Counted from the stretch's first letter, positions 14,644 to 24,377 are shown. The stretch is 32,000 bases of DNA from Candidatus Methylomirabilis limnetica (GCF_003044035.1 NZ_NVQC01000030.1:60001-92000); one strand, 5' to 3'. Numbers and translations: made by a program. Notes: generated by a model from the sequence alone, not told the origin.

Positions 14644-14870
14644 GTAACTACTCAGGTAGATAGACTGAAGGCTGAAGGCTGTTAGGGATAATCATGCGTG
14701 ATCACACAAAACTTCAGGCATTTGAGCTGGCTGATGAAGTAGCAATGTTGGTTTATTGGGTTGAACCAAAAGTCATAGAAACCGAGAAGGTCTTGAACGG
14801 CTTGATTCGCGTCTTGCGAGATAATTCAGAGCCTTCAGCCTTCAGCCTTCAGCCTAAACACCTTGTAGTT
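14644..14870 (+). mobile_element. four-helix-bundle-gene-derived element, copy 2 (internally deleted gene still recognisable)
   Basis: Same left end GTAACTACTCAGGTAGATAGACTGAAGG. The internal ORF joins a typical N-terminus (MRDHTKLQAFELADEVAMLVYWV) to a C-terminus (ETEKVLNGLIRVLR). Heptamer repeats CTGAAGG x2 (14665-14678) and GCCTTCA x3 (14831-14851) are mutually complementary. Confidence 0.75.
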
Positions 14871-14925
14871 ACACCCTCTGTTCAATAGAGCGTCCCTCTT
14901 GCGGTATATTGACAGCGCCGTCCAA

Positions 14926-15678
14926 TCAGTTATCTGCCTCGTCGACGTATGCTTCGTGCAGCTTCACCGGCTCGGCGCGAACCTTTCTCAGCCGTAGGTT
15001 GAACAGTTCTACAACGATCGAGAACGCCATCGCAAAGTAGATGTAACCTTTGGGGATATGCTGATGCAGGCCCTCGACGATGAGGGTAAAGCCGATGAGC
15101 AGGAGAAAACTCAACGCCAGCATTTTGATGGTAGGATGGCGATCCACAAAACCGCTGATCTGACGGGCGGAAACAATCATCACTCCTGCCGCGATAATCA
15201 CGGCGGCGATCATGATCGCCAGTTGGTCAACCATGCCTACGGCGGTGATCACCGAATCGAGCGAGAAGATGACATCCAGCAGGAGTATCTGCACAATGAC
15301 GCTGGCGAACGAGGGGCCGACATGGGCTGAGGCGTGCCCCTCTACACCCTCCAGTTTTTGATGAATCTCATGGGTGCTCTTCCCCAGCAAAAACAGGCCG
15401 CCGAGAATGAGGATGATGTCGCGCCCGGCTATCTCATACTTGAACACCGAGAATAGCGGTTCGGTGAGGCTGATGACCCATGAGAGCGAGAGCAGAAGCA
15501 GAACGCGCGAGACGATTGCCAGTCCCAGGCCGATGGTGCGTGCCCGGTCTTGCTGATGGGTAGGAAGTTTTCCGGCCAGAATCGAAATGAAGATAACGTT
15601 GTCAACGCCGAGAACGAGTTCAAGCACGACGAGCGTGATAAATGCGATCCATGTTTGGGGGTCAGCCAACCAATCCAT
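14926..15678 (-). CDS. TerC-family integral membrane protein
   Basis: LELVLGVDNVIFISIL and LLDVIFSLDSVITAVG are the duplicated TerC motifs. Multi-pass hydrophobic profile. Confidence 0.88.
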   Translation of the reverse strand: MDWLADPQTWIAFITLVVLELVLGVDNVIFISILAGKLPTHQQDRARTIGLGLAIVSRVLLLLSLSWVISLTEPLFSVFKYEIAGRDIILILGGLFLLGKSTHEIHQKLEGVEGHASAHVGPSFASVIVQILLLDVIFSLDSVITAVGMVDQLAIMIAAVIIAAGVMIVSARQISGFVDRHPTIKMLALSFLLLIGFTLIVEGLHQHIPKGYIYFAMAFSIVVELFNLRLRKVRAEPVKLHEAYVDEADN

Positions 15679-15691
15679 ATGTGAATTCTCC

Positions 15692-15863
15692 GTAACTACT
15701 CAGGTAGATAGACTGTAGTCTTTTAGACTGTAGGAACGCGCACAGATGAACCAGGCGTTTTCTGAATGCAACGCAAACATGATGGAGACCGAAAAGGTTC
15801 TGGGCGCCTTGATTCGGTCCATGCGCAGAGAGTAACAGCCTTCAGCCTAAACACCTGAGTAGT
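15692..15863 (+). mobile_element. four-helix-bundle-gene-derived miniature element, copy 3
   Basis: Colinear and highly similar to copy 1. Same ends, and the relic ORF MMETEKVLGALIRSMRRE*. No clear target-site duplication. Confidence 0.75.
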
Positions 15864-15864
15864 C

Positions 15865-15893
15865 ACTATAATCCTACCCTCTGATCGGGTCAA
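15865..15893 (-). promoter_or_regulatory. candidate sigma70-type promoter reading through element copy 3 into terC
   Basis: Minus strand reads TTGACC (15893-15888), a 17-nt spacer, then TATAGT (15870-15865). It abuts the element end at 15863. Confidence 0.4.
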
Positions 15894-15964
15894 GGACTCA
15901 TCTGGCATCTCTTTTGCTCTGGCGCTTTTGAGCCGCCGACCGTATACTACAGGTTCATTCTATG

Positions 15965-15989
15965 GTAACTAAAAGGCAGATAGACTGAA
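15965..15989 (+). repeat. solo, degenerate left end of the same element family
   Basis: GTAACTAAAAGGCAGATAGACTGAA compared with GTAACTACTCAGGTAGATAGACTGAA. Lies 38 nt upstream of the hemD-hemE start. Confidence 0.5.
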
Positions 15990-16026
15990 ACCCTTCGTCT
16001 CGGCGCCCCCGAAGAGGCTTTGAGCC

Positions 16027-18000
16027 ATGAACCAGATTGCTGCTTCCCAGCTTAGCGGCTTGACCGGCCTCAAAGTGGTCTCCTTTGAAAGTCGCCTGGC
16101 TGGTGCCATGGCTGACCTGATCAGCCGCCAAGGCGGGACTCCTATCTCCGCGCCGGCTGTCCGAGAGGTTCCGCTCGCGGAAAACCCGGAAGCGTTAAAA
16201 TTCGCGAGAGAGTTATTGGCCGGTCGGATCGACATGATCGTGCTGTTGACCGGCGTTGGCATCCGCGCCCTACTTACCGCAATTGAAGGCGCCTACCCAC
16301 GCGCAGAGATCCTTGCCGCGTTGAGCCGAATCCCGACCATTGTCCGCGGTTCAAAATCGCAGACGGTGCTGCGCGATCTGGGCGTCCCGATTACGGTGGC
16401 TGTCCCGGAACCGAACACCTGGCGTGAAATTCTGAGCGCTATCGACGACGCAGCGATCCCCCTGCAAGGTCGGCGGGTGGCGGTACAGGAGTACGGACGG
16501 AGCAACCCGGAGCTGGTTGCCGGGCTCGCGGCGCGAGGGGCCTCCGTGATGCGGGTCTCCGTCTACCGATGGGCATTGCCAGAGGACTGTGGCCCTCTTC
16601 GGCGCGCAATCAAGGCCATCACCGAGCGGGAGGTCGATCTGGTCCTCTTTACCACCGCAGTGCAGGTGGATCATCTGCTGCAGGTCGCAGCGGAATCCGG
16701 GTTGGAGGAGTCGCTGCGGGCAGGACTCCAGGACGCGGTCGTCGCGTCAATTGGCCCCACCTGCAGCAGAGCCATGCGCGAGCATGGCCTGGTTGTGGAC
16801 CTGGAGCCGGAGCATCCGAAGATGGGGCCCCTGATCCTCACTGTCGCACGCCATGCACACGTACTGCGACGGATCAAGCGAGCAAGGGTGGTGCGGGGTA
16901 CGGGGTGCCTGCCTGCGCCGTGCGAAGTGCGGCAGGCAGGCGAGGTGCGGGAGGACCGATCTGCGGAACTGCTGCAAGAGAGTGCCTTCCTGAAAGCCTG
17001 CCGCCTGGAGCCAACGCCCTATACGCCGATCTGGATCATGCGGCAGGCCGGGCGCTACCTGCCGGAGTACCGTGAGATCCGCGGCAAGCTCTCGTTTCTG
17101 GAGCTGTGTCACCGGCCGGATCTGGCGGCTGAGGTCGCGGTGACGGCCGTTGAACGCCTTGGGGTGGATGCCGCGATCATCTTCGGGGACATCTTGCTGG
17201 TGGTGGAACCGATGGGGGTCGGCCTCGAGTTTACGAAGGGCGATGGCCCGGTCATCCACGACCCGGTGAGATCCGGGGCTGACCTGAAAAGACTACAGCC
17301 GGTCGATGTGCAGGAATCGCTGTCGTTCCTCTTCGAAGCGGTGCGCCTGGCGCGGGCGGCCCTTCCGCCTAATATTCCCCTCATCGGGTTCGCCGGGGCG
17401 CCGTTTACCCTGGCCTCGTACCTGGTTGAGGGTCGCGGGTCGCGTCAGTATCAACACACCAAATCACTCATGTACCGCGACCCGGGGGCTTGGCATGCTC
17501 TGATGGAACGGCTGTCGGATGTCGTATCCGGCTACCTGAACGGCCAGATCGCCGCGGGGGCCCAGGTGGCGCAATTGTTCGATAGCTGGGTCGGCTGTCT
17601 CAGCCCGGATGACTACCGCGAGTTTGTCCTGCCCCACACGAAACGCGTCATCGCGAATCTGACGCCGGGCGTACCGGTCATTCACTTTGGGACCGATACG
17701 GCCACGCTGCTCCCACTGATACGGGAGGCGGGCGGGAATGTTATCGGGCTGGATTGGCGCGTTGATCTGGACGAGGCGTGGGCGCGTCTCGGGCATGAGG
17801 TCGGGGTGCAAGGCAACCTGGACCCGATGGTGCTCCTTGCCGAGCCCGATGAGATTCGCCGCCAGGCCGGACGGATTCTTGAGCGTGCCGCGAAACGTCC
17901 GGGCCATATCTTCAACCTCGGTCATGGGGTGTTGCCACAAACCCCCGTGGACCACTTGCGCGCGCTCATCGACTATGTTCACGAAGAGACGGCGAGATGA
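16027..18000 (+). CDS. hemE: fusion protein: uroporphyrinogen-III synthase (HemD-like) N-terminal domain + uroporphyrinogen decarboxylase (HemE) C-terminal domain
   Basis: One uninterrupted 657-codon frame. The first ~280 aa are HEM4/HemD-like (VVSFESR..., LFTTAVQV, IGPTCS). From about aa 320 come the HemE hallmark PIWIMRQAGRYLPEYR and the rest of the URO-D fold. Confidence 0.85.
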   Translation: MNQIAASQLSGLTGLKVVSFESRLAGAMADLISRQGGTPISAPAVREVPLAENPEALKFARELLAGRIDMIVLLTGVGIRALLTAIEGAYPRAEILAALSRIPTIVRGSKSQTVLRDLGVPITVAVPEPNTWREILSAIDDAAIPLQGRRVAVQEYGRSNPELVAGLAARGASVMRVSVYRWALPEDCGPLRRAIKAITEREVDLVLFTTAVQVDHLLQVAAESGLEESLRAGLQDAVVASIGPTCSRAMREHGLVVDLEPEHPKMGPLILTVARHAHVLRRIKRARVVRGTGCLPAPCEVRQAGEVREDRSAELLQESAFLKACRLEPTPYTPIWIMRQAGRYLPEYREIRGKLSFLELCHRPDLAAEVAVTAVERLGVDAAIIFGDILLVVEPMGVGLEFTKGDGPVIHDPVRSGADLKRLQPVDVQESLSFLFEAVRLARAALPPNIPLIGFAGAPFTLASYLVEGRGSRQYQHTKSLMYRDPGAWHALMERLSDVVSGYLNGQIAAGAQVAQLFDSWVGCLSPDDYREFVLPHTKRVIANLTPGVPVIHFGTDTATLLPLIREAGGNVIGLDWRVDLDEAWARLGHEVGVQGNLDPMVLLAEPDEIRRQAGRILERAAKRPGHIFNLGHGVLPQTPVDHLRALIDYVHEETAR

Positions 18001-18964
18001 CGTGGCTCCACCATTCGACGCCGTCCTGATGATCGCCTTTGGAGGCCCTACAAAGCCTGATGAGGTCCGTCCATTTCTGAGCAATGTACTTCGGGGCGTA
18101 CCGGTGCCACCGGGACGCCTGGAAGAGGTCGCTCGGCACTACGACCAGCTTGGCGGTAGGTCGCCGATAACCGATCTGACCTTCCAGCAGGCAAAGAGCC
18201 TGGCGGCTCTGCTAGAGCGGGAGGGGCCGAGACTTCCCGTGTACGTCGGGATGCGATACTGGCACCCCATGACCAGCGAGACGGTCGAACAGATGGTCCA
18301 CGATAACGTGAAGCGCGCTGTCGGGCTCATCATGGCCCCGCACGATTCCGGGGCAGCGAGCTGGGAGAAATCGGTGGGGACGGTCACCGACGCACTGATA
18401 GCTGCAGGGCCCAGGGCGCCACACGTAGACTTCGCCCAGCCCTGCTACAATCACCCGGATTTTATCGCGGCCGTGGCCGAGCAGATCCGCCTGCAACTGC
18501 AAGAGACTCCGCCCGATCTCCGTTCCCCGCTTAAAGCATGCGGGGACAGGCGCAGCACATGGCTGCTCTTCACGGCCCATAGTATTCCAACCTCCATGGC
18601 CGCATCATCGCCATACGTTCAGCAGTTACATGAATCGTGCCGACTCGTGGCGGCAGCCTTGGGGCACCCGGACTGGTCACTCGCCTACCAGAGCCGCAGC
18701 GGCGATCCACGGCAGCCGTGGCTTACGCCTGATGTGAGCGATGTCCTGCGGAAGCTCAAGGCCGAAGGGTGCAGATCGGTGGTACTGGCCCCCATAGGAT
18801 TTGTGTGCGATAACGTCGAGGTGCTGTTCGATCTGGACGTAGAAGCGAAGGCGGAGGCTGATGTGCTGGGGCTCGATCTCAAGCGGGCCAACGCGGTGAA
18901 CGATCATCCGCTCTACATCCGGGCGCTGGCAGATCTGGTACGGCGGCGCGTGAACCAGAGCTAG
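17975..18964 (+). CDS. hemH: ferrochelatase (HemH / coproporphyrin ferrochelatase type)
   Basis: LMIAFGGPTKPDEVRPFL, FTAHSIP and GFVCDNVEVLFDLD are ferrochelatase signatures. Start is ATG 17975 (overlaps hemE) or GTG 18002. Confidence 0.88.
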   Translation: MFTKRRRDDVAPPFDAVLMIAFGGPTKPDEVRPFLSNVLRGVPVPPGRLEEVARHYDQLGGRSPITDLTFQQAKSLAALLEREGPRLPVYVGMRYWHPMTSETVEQMVHDNVKRAVGLIMAPHDSGAASWEKSVGTVTDALIAAGPRAPHVDFAQPCYNHPDFIAAVAEQIRLQLQETPPDLRSPLKACGDRRSTWLLFTAHSIPTSMAASSPYVQQLHESCRLVAAALGHPDWSLAYQSRSGDPRQPWLTPDVSDVLRKLKAEGCRSVVLAPIGFVCDNVEVLFDLDVEAKAEADVLGLDLKRANAVNDHPLYIRALADLVRRRVNQS

Positions 18965-19008
18965 ATGACCCTTTTCGAGTACGGATCATACGTTTTGGAC
19001 AGCAGGGG

Positions 19009-20529
19009 GTGGGAATAGAGCCGGGTAACAACCTAAAGCGTATCGTCGTGGTCGGGGGCGGCATCGCGGGCCTCGCCGCTGCATACCGGCTACAGGAGCG
19101 GCACAGCAGCGAACTGGCGCCCTGCGAGGTGATGCTCCTCGAGGCAGGCTCGCGCCCCGGTGGCGTGATCGGCACAACGTGTCGGGACGGCTTCATCCTT
19201 GAATCGGGACCGGATACCTTATTCACTGACAAGCCGTGGGCGGTAGACCTCATCAGGCGCCTCGACCTGAGCGATCGGATCATCGGGACCAGCGAGATCC
19301 ATCGCCGGACGTTCGTCGCCATGGGCAAAACGCTTCATCCTCTGCCTGAAGGGTTCACCTTGCTGGCGCCAACGCGAATCTGGCCGTTTTTGCGATCGGG
19401 GCTGCTCACCTGGCGCGGCAAAGCGAGAATGGCCTTAGACCTGGTCTTACCCCGTGGGCAGCCAAGTCCCGATGAAAGTCTTGCGTCGTTCGTTCGACGT
19501 CGTCTGGGAGCGGAAGCGCTCGAACGGCTGGCTCAGCCGATGATTGGAGGCATCTACTCGGCAGACCCGGAACGGTTGAGTCTACAGGCCACCTTCCCGC
19601 AGTTTCTGCAAATGGAAGCACAGCATCGCAGCCTCATCCTTGCCCTGCGACGGAAACGGTTGAGCGCCTCTGGCAAAACTCGCACCAAATCCGACAGCGG
19701 CCCGCGGTATAGTCTGTTTGCCACGCTGGACAATGGGCTGCAAGCGCTTGTCGATGCCTTGGTGAGGCGGTTACCGGCAGGCACGGTACGGCTTGGCTGC
19801 CCGGTCGCCGGGATCGCGCGGAGGGAGAAAGGCTGGACCATACGGCTGAAGGACGGCACTAACATCGAGGCTGATGGGGTCATTCTCGCCGTCCCCGCCT
19901 TCCAGACCGCCGTACTAACGCATGACCTTGACGGCGACCTCGCTCGAGAGCTGGAGGCCATCCCCTACGCCTCCTCGGTCACGATCAGCCTCGCCTATCG
20001 GAAGGATGCGATTCCCCATCCGCTCGATGGTTTTGGATTTGTTGTGCCGGCCTGCGAGGGGCGCACCATCATCGCCTGCTCTTTTAGTAGCGTGAAGTTC
20101 GCCAATCGCGCGCCTGCCGGCCACGCCCTGCTGCGCACCTTCGCGGGCGGGGCACTCCAGCCCGAACCATTCGAATGGGATGATGAGCGGCTGCTTACTG
20201 CGGTTCGCCACGACCTGAAGGAGCTCCTGGGGATTGAAACTGCTCCGTTGTGGAGTCATCTGGTACGGCACCCTCAGTCGATGCCACAGTACCATGTGGG
20301 GCACCTGGCTCGGCTGGCAACGCTCGAACGCCAGCTTCGCCGGTGGCCAACCCTCAAACTGGCCGGCAACGCGTACCGCGGCGTCGGCGTCCCCGACGCG
20401 ATTCGTAGCGGCGAAGCGGCTGCTGATGCCCTGCTGGCAGAGTTGACCCCGGCGCAGGGAGAAGGATATGCCGGGACGATGCTGACCGAGCCATCCGGTG
20501 CTTGTGCCGCAGGAGATTCTCTCCTATAA
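19009..20529 (+). CDS. hemY: protoporphyrinogen/coproporphyrinogen III oxidase, FAD-dependent (HemY/CgoX type)
   Basis: N-terminal IVVVGGGIAGLAAAY dinucleotide fold. Length and C-terminal GNAYRGVGVPDAIRSG are typical of HemY. GTG start. Confidence 0.85.
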   Translation: MGIEPGNNLKRIVVVGGGIAGLAAAYRLQERHSSELAPCEVMLLEAGSRPGGVIGTTCRDGFILESGPDTLFTDKPWAVDLIRRLDLSDRIIGTSEIHRRTFVAMGKTLHPLPEGFTLLAPTRIWPFLRSGLLTWRGKARMALDLVLPRGQPSPDESLASFVRRRLGAEALERLAQPMIGGIYSADPERLSLQATFPQFLQMEAQHRSLILALRRKRLSASGKTRTKSDSGPRYSLFATLDNGLQALVDALVRRLPAGTVRLGCPVAGIARREKGWTIRLKDGTNIEADGVILAVPAFQTAVLTHDLDGDLARELEAIPYASSVTISLAYRKDAIPHPLDGFGFVVPACEGRTIIACSFSSVKFANRAPAGHALLRTFAGGALQPEPFEWDDERLLTAVRHDLKELLGIETAPLWSHLVRHPQSMPQYHVGHLARLATLERQLRRWPTLKLAGNAYRGVGVPDAIRSGEAAADALLAELTPAQGEGYAGTMLTEPSGACAAGDSLL

Positions 20530-20610
20530 TCCTGTACCCGGAGGCTGAAACCGAAGATGCTGATCGATCCAGTGTGTGATTCCGCCGCGAGCGCGAAAAG
20601 GAGATCGTCT

Positions 20611-21879
20611 ATGCAAGCAAGGAAGGTCGTTATCATGTGCGGGTTCATGGCCGCTCTAATCTTCAGTGCGGGTTGTGCGACCACGATGTCAAAGGTCGCC
20701 TACATTGTCTCAGAAGACCAGGGAACTAGCTCGGTCCTGGTTCAGAACGCAGATGGTAGCAGACCCGTACGCGTCCCGGGCTTGTCCGGGGCAATCTCGG
20801 AGATCGCCATGTCACCCAGCGGCCAGCGGCTGGCCTATGTGACTGGCGGGACCACCACCGGCCTCGATCAGGTGTTCGTCGCCGATCTAGATGAAAACAA
20901 TAACATCGTAGGGGTCAGGCGCAACTTCTCGGATGAACTGTCAACCGCGAGAAGCTTCTCGCCGAAGTTCCTCGACGACAATCGCCTCCTCTTTCTTTCG
21001 GAAAGCCAGGGTGACCGGATCCTGGTCCTGGTGGATTTGCTCACCGGAGGCAAGCAAAAGATCTCCGGAGTCAGCGGATCGATCGACACCGTGATCCGGT
21101 ACAACATTAAGGGCAAAGACGCCCTCTTCTTTGGGCTGAACAAGGAGATGCGACGGTATGACCTCCCGGCCGGGCCGCTTCGGTCGGTTGTAGCTAACAC
21201 GGGGAGCGTCTCCGAACTAGCCTACGAGAAGATGGGGATTTTTGAGAATACCCTCGTGTTTAGCACCCAGGTAACCCCTAAGGAACGAGCCTTCTCGCAC
21301 ATGCGTCTGGATGGAACAGGACTCAAGTCTGTGGCTGAGGCCCCCATTGAACTGATCTTTCCGATCATCAGGCTGGTACTGGAACCGGCGTCGCGGGCCC
21401 AGCGGTTCAGTCTGTTTGACTTCACTATGGTCACAAGACCAGAGGACGAGACAGACCTGATTACGCTGGAAGGCTACGAAATAACCGCGCAGAAGGTCAC
21501 CGAACGGCATCTCTTCTGGGTCGTGCGAGATCTGCGGAATCCGGACATGGTCCGTGCGGTCTACGCGGCGAAGGGCTTAGAGGACCTCAGAACAGGCGCC
21601 CATGGGAGATCGGTCTACCTCGCATCGACAGGAGATCTGCTGGTCTGGTATGATCCTACCAACAAAAAGATATGGGGTGTGCCGCTCAATCAGATCGGTG
21701 GTAATCCGGTCGATCTCTCAGCCGGCGTGGCCCGGGTGGCGAACCGTCCTTTCTCGGTGTCAGCAAACAATATCGGCGTGGTCACTGAAGATGGGAAGCT
21801 ATATCTGCTTTCAACTAACCGCACGTCGCCGCCCCGCTTGCTAGGGCAGGGAATTCACGTGGGCATCACCCGCCCGTGA
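20611..21879 (+). CDS. putative lipoprotein, possibly beta-propeller (TolB/PD40-like repeats)
   Basis: ATG at 20611 with AAAAGGAGA upstream. Signal peptide with lipobox-like [15 protein letters not shown]-type repeat. Confidence 0.5.
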   Translation: MQARKVVIMCGFMAALIFSAGCATTMSKVAYIVSEDQGTSSVLVQNADGSRPVRVPGLSGAISEIAMSPSGQRLAYVTGGTTTGLDQVFVADLDENNNIVGVRRNFSDELSTARSFSPKFLDDNRLLFLSESQGDRILVLVDLLTGGKQKISGVSGSIDTVIRYNIKGKDALFFGLNKEMRRYDLPAGPLRSVVANTGSVSELAYEKMGIFENTLVFSTQVTPKERAFSHMRLDGTGLKSVAEAPIELIFPIIRLVLEPASRAQRFSLFDFTMVTRPEDETDLITLEGYEITAQKVTERHLFWVVRDLRNPDMVRAVYAAKGLEDLRTGAHGRSVYLASTGDLLVWYDPTNKKIWGVPLNQIGGNPVDLSAGVARVANRPFSVSANNIGVVTEDGKLYLLSTNRTSPPRLLGQGIHVGITRP

Positions 21880-21919
21880 TTTGTTCCCGCGTAAGGACGC
21901 TGCACATGAGGAGGAATCG

Positions 21920-23593
21920 ATGACCTTCGATCCAAGACATAAAAGCCGCACCTTACTCGATGGTCCGGACCGCGCGCCGGCAAGGGCGATGCTCAAGGCC
22001 ATCGGTTTCAAGGATGAGGATCTAGCTCGACCGCTAGTCGGCGTGGCCCATTGCTGGATCGAGGTCATGCCTTGCAACTTCAACCACCGGACGCTGGCCG
22101 AGCGAGTCAAGGCGGGCATTCGGGCCGCCGGCGGGACACCGATCGAGTACAATACGATTGCGATCTCCGATGGCGTCGCCATGGGGACCGAAGGGATGAA
22201 GACGTCCCTGGTGAGCCGGGAGGTCGTAGCCGACTCGATCGAGCTGGTCGCCAGAGGTCACCTCTTTGACGCCCTTGTCGCCATCTCCGGCTGCGATAAG
22301 ACAATCCCTGGTACCGTCATGGCTCTGACCCGCCTCAACATCCCGGGACTCATGCTCTATAGCGGCTCCACCGAATTCGGCGAGTACGAGGGCCGCCACC
22401 TCACGATCCAGGATGTCTTTGAGGCTGTAGGCGCTTTCAATGCGAGCAAGATGTCGGCTGAGGAACTTTGCGCCATCGAGGGCCATGCCTGCCCGGGCGC
22501 CGGTGCCTGCGGCGGCCAGTTCACCGCCAACACCATGTCCACCGCCTTTGAGATGATTGGCATCTCGCCGATGGGATGGAATGGTGTCCCGGCAGTAGAT
22601 GCAGGGAAGGAGGACGTAGCGTTCGAGTGCGGGAGACTGGTGATGGAGGTGTTGCGACGCGGCGTGACCCCGAAAGCGATCCTCACCCGCAAGGCCTTTC
22701 TGAACGCCATCGCCGGAGTGATGGCCACTGGGGGATCCACCAACGCCGTGCTCCACCTACTCGCTGTGGCCAAGGCGGCCGGTGTCAAGCTGTCCCTGGG
22801 CGATTTCGATCGAATATCGAGAAAGATCCCGCTTCTGGCCGATCTGAAGCCGTGGGGACGCTTTACCGCTCCGGACATGCACCGGGCTGGCGGTATGACG
22901 GTGGTAGCCAAACGTCTCCTTGATGCGGGTCTCCTTCACGCTGACGAGCTGACGGTCACCGGCAAGACGATCGGCGAGGAAGCGCGGGGCGCCCGCGAAA
23001 CCCCGCGGCAGGAGGTGATCCGACCGCTCAAGCGGCCGCTCAAGCCGACCGGGGGCATGGTAATCCTCAAGGGTAATCTTGCGCCGGAAGGGTGTGTGGC
23101 GAAGGTTGCCGGTCACGAGCGGATGCTCCATCGTGGCCCGGCGCGGGTCTTTAACCGAGAAGAGGATACCTTCACCGCCGTCAAGTCCGGGAAGATCAAG
23201 GCGGGCGACGTGATCGTGATTCGCTACGAGGGGCCCAAGGGCGGGCCAGGAATGCGCGAGATGCTTGGCGTCACCGGGGCTCTTGCCGGCGCGGGACTCC
23301 TGGACTCAGTGGCGCTGATGACCGATGGGCGTTTTTCGGGTGCAACGCATGGCCTGATGGTTGGCCACATTGCCCCGGAAGCGGCAGTGGGTGGACCGAT
23401 CGCGGCGCTGCGTAACGGCGACATCGTGGTCTTGGACATCAAGAAGCGGCGGCTCGACGTGGAGCTGTCAGCCGCCGAGTTCAAACGGCGACTCCGAAAG
23501 TGGAAGCCGCCAGCCCCCCGGTACAAGAGCGGCGTTATGGCCAAGTACGCCCGCACGGTTTCGTCGGCGTCGGAAGGCGCTGTTACTGATTGA
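21920..23593 (+). CDS. ilvD: dihydroxy-acid dehydratase
   Basis: [24 protein letters not shown] and TDGRFSG motifs. GAGGAGG lies before the ATG at 21920. Confidence 0.93.
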   Translation: MTFDPRHKSRTLLDGPDRAPARAMLKAIGFKDEDLARPLVGVAHCWIEVMPCNFNHRTLAERVKAGIRAAGGTPIEYNTIAISDGVAMGTEGMKTSLVSREVVADSIELVARGHLFDALVAISGCDKTIPGTVMALTRLNIPGLMLYSGSTEFGEYEGRHLTIQDVFEAVGAFNASKMSAEELCAIEGHACPGAGACGGQFTANTMSTAFEMIGISPMGWNGVPAVDAGKEDVAFECGRLVMEVLRRGVTPKAILTRKAFLNAIAGVMATGGSTNAVLHLLAVAKAAGVKLSLGDFDRISRKIPLLADLKPWGRFTAPDMHRAGGMTVVAKRLLDAGLLHADELTVTGKTIGEEARGARETPRQEVIRPLKRPLKPTGGMVILKGNLAPEGCVAKVAGHERMLHRGPARVFNREEDTFTAVKSGKIKAGDVIVIRYEGPKGGPGMREMLGVTGALAGAGLLDSVALMTDGRFSGATHGLMVGHIAPEAAVGGPIAALRNGDIVVLDIKKRRLDVELSAAEFKRRLRKWKPPAPRYKSGVMAKYARTVSSASEGAVTD

Positions 23594-23741
23594 GCAGCCA
23601 TCAGCGGTCAGCTTTCAGCGGGGGACCAATGCGGAAAACGAGAGCGGTTACAGGCGAGTTCCGGTATTCGGCGGTGGGGCAGGTTTCGCATATCATTAGT
23701 TTTTGCTAAGGGCTGACGGCTGATGCCTGAGAGCTACTAAG

Positions 23742-24377
23742 ATGGAATGGCTGTGGGATCTCTTTCACAGAGTGTACGATGTGGAGGCCCTGGTACGTGT
23801 CGGCGGCCTCACGGTCCTGATCGCTATCGTCTTCGTGGAGACTGGTCTCTTTGTCGGCTTCTTCCTGCCAGGGGATTCCCTCCTTGTTACGGCAGGGCTG
23901 TTCGCCGCCAGCGGGCACCTGGAGTTGTGGAGCCTCTTTCTCTTCGTCAGCCTGGCCGCGATTATCGGGGATACGGTCGGCTACGCCATCGGGGCGAGTA
24001 CCGGACCGAAAATTTTCAACCGCGAAAACTCGCTGTTTTTCCACAAGAAGCACCTCACCACGACCAAAGAGTTTTACGATCGGTACGGCGGGATTACGAT
24101 CATCATTGCCCGGTTCATGCCTATCGTCCGCACCTTTGCTCCCCTCGTAGCGGGTGTAGGGGGCATGCAATACAGTCGATTTGCCCTCTATAACGTGATG
24201 GGAGGGGTCGGCTGGGTCGTCAGCATGACGTCTATCGGCTACATCCTTGGTAGAACAATCCCGGATATTGACAAGTACATCCAGGTCGTCATCGCCCTCG
24301 TCATTGGGCTTTCCCTACTCCCCGGGATTATTACTTTTGTGCGAAGCAGCCGGCGAGCCCGCAAGCCTTCCATGTAA
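23742..24377 (+). CDS. dedA: DedA-family (VTT domain) membrane protein
   Basis: VFVETGLFVGFFLPGDSLLVTAG and IIARFMPIVRTFAPLVAG are typical DedA motifs. Confidence 0.85.
   Translation: MEWLWDLFHRVYDVEALVRVGGLTVLIAIVFVETGLFVGFFLPGDSLLVTAGLFAASGHLELWSLFLFVSLAAIIGDTVGYAIGASTGPKIFNRENSLFFHKKHLTTTKEFYDRYGGITIIIARFMPIVRTFAPLVAGVGGMQYSRFALYNVMGGVGWVVSMTSIGYILGRTIPDIDKYIQVVIALVIGLSLLPGIITFVRSSRRARKPSM

Noticed and set aside
14831-14854. Tandem GCCTTCA heptamers (also 14665-14678 and 11296-11312), considered as CRISPR or a microsatellite
   Set aside because: The unit is only 7 nt with no spacers. It is part of the stem-forming termini of the miniature elements, not a CRISPR array.
15867-15872. Plus-strand TATAAT, considered as a promoter -10 for hemD-hemE
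   Set aside because: No acceptable -35 element at 16-18 nt (AGCCTA or TTCAGC only). The same AT-rich patch is better explained by the minus-strand TTGACC-17-TATAGT promoter.
15679-15965. yybP-ykoY (Mn) riboswitch upstream of terC
   Set aside because: I could not recognise the conserved riboswitch core by eye. The leader is occupied by the miniature element. This needs a covariance-model scan to exclude it formally.
23594-23745. Intergenic inverted repeat CAGCCATCAGCGGTCAGC / GCTGACGGCTGATGCC between ilvD and dedA, considered as a fourth four-helix-bundle-derived element in reverse orientation
   Set aside because: Only one end (reverse complement TAGTAGCTCTCAGGCATCAGCCGTCAGCC) loosely resembles the family terminus. 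There is no matching second terminus, no target-site duplication and no recognisable relic ORF, so it is too degenerate to call.
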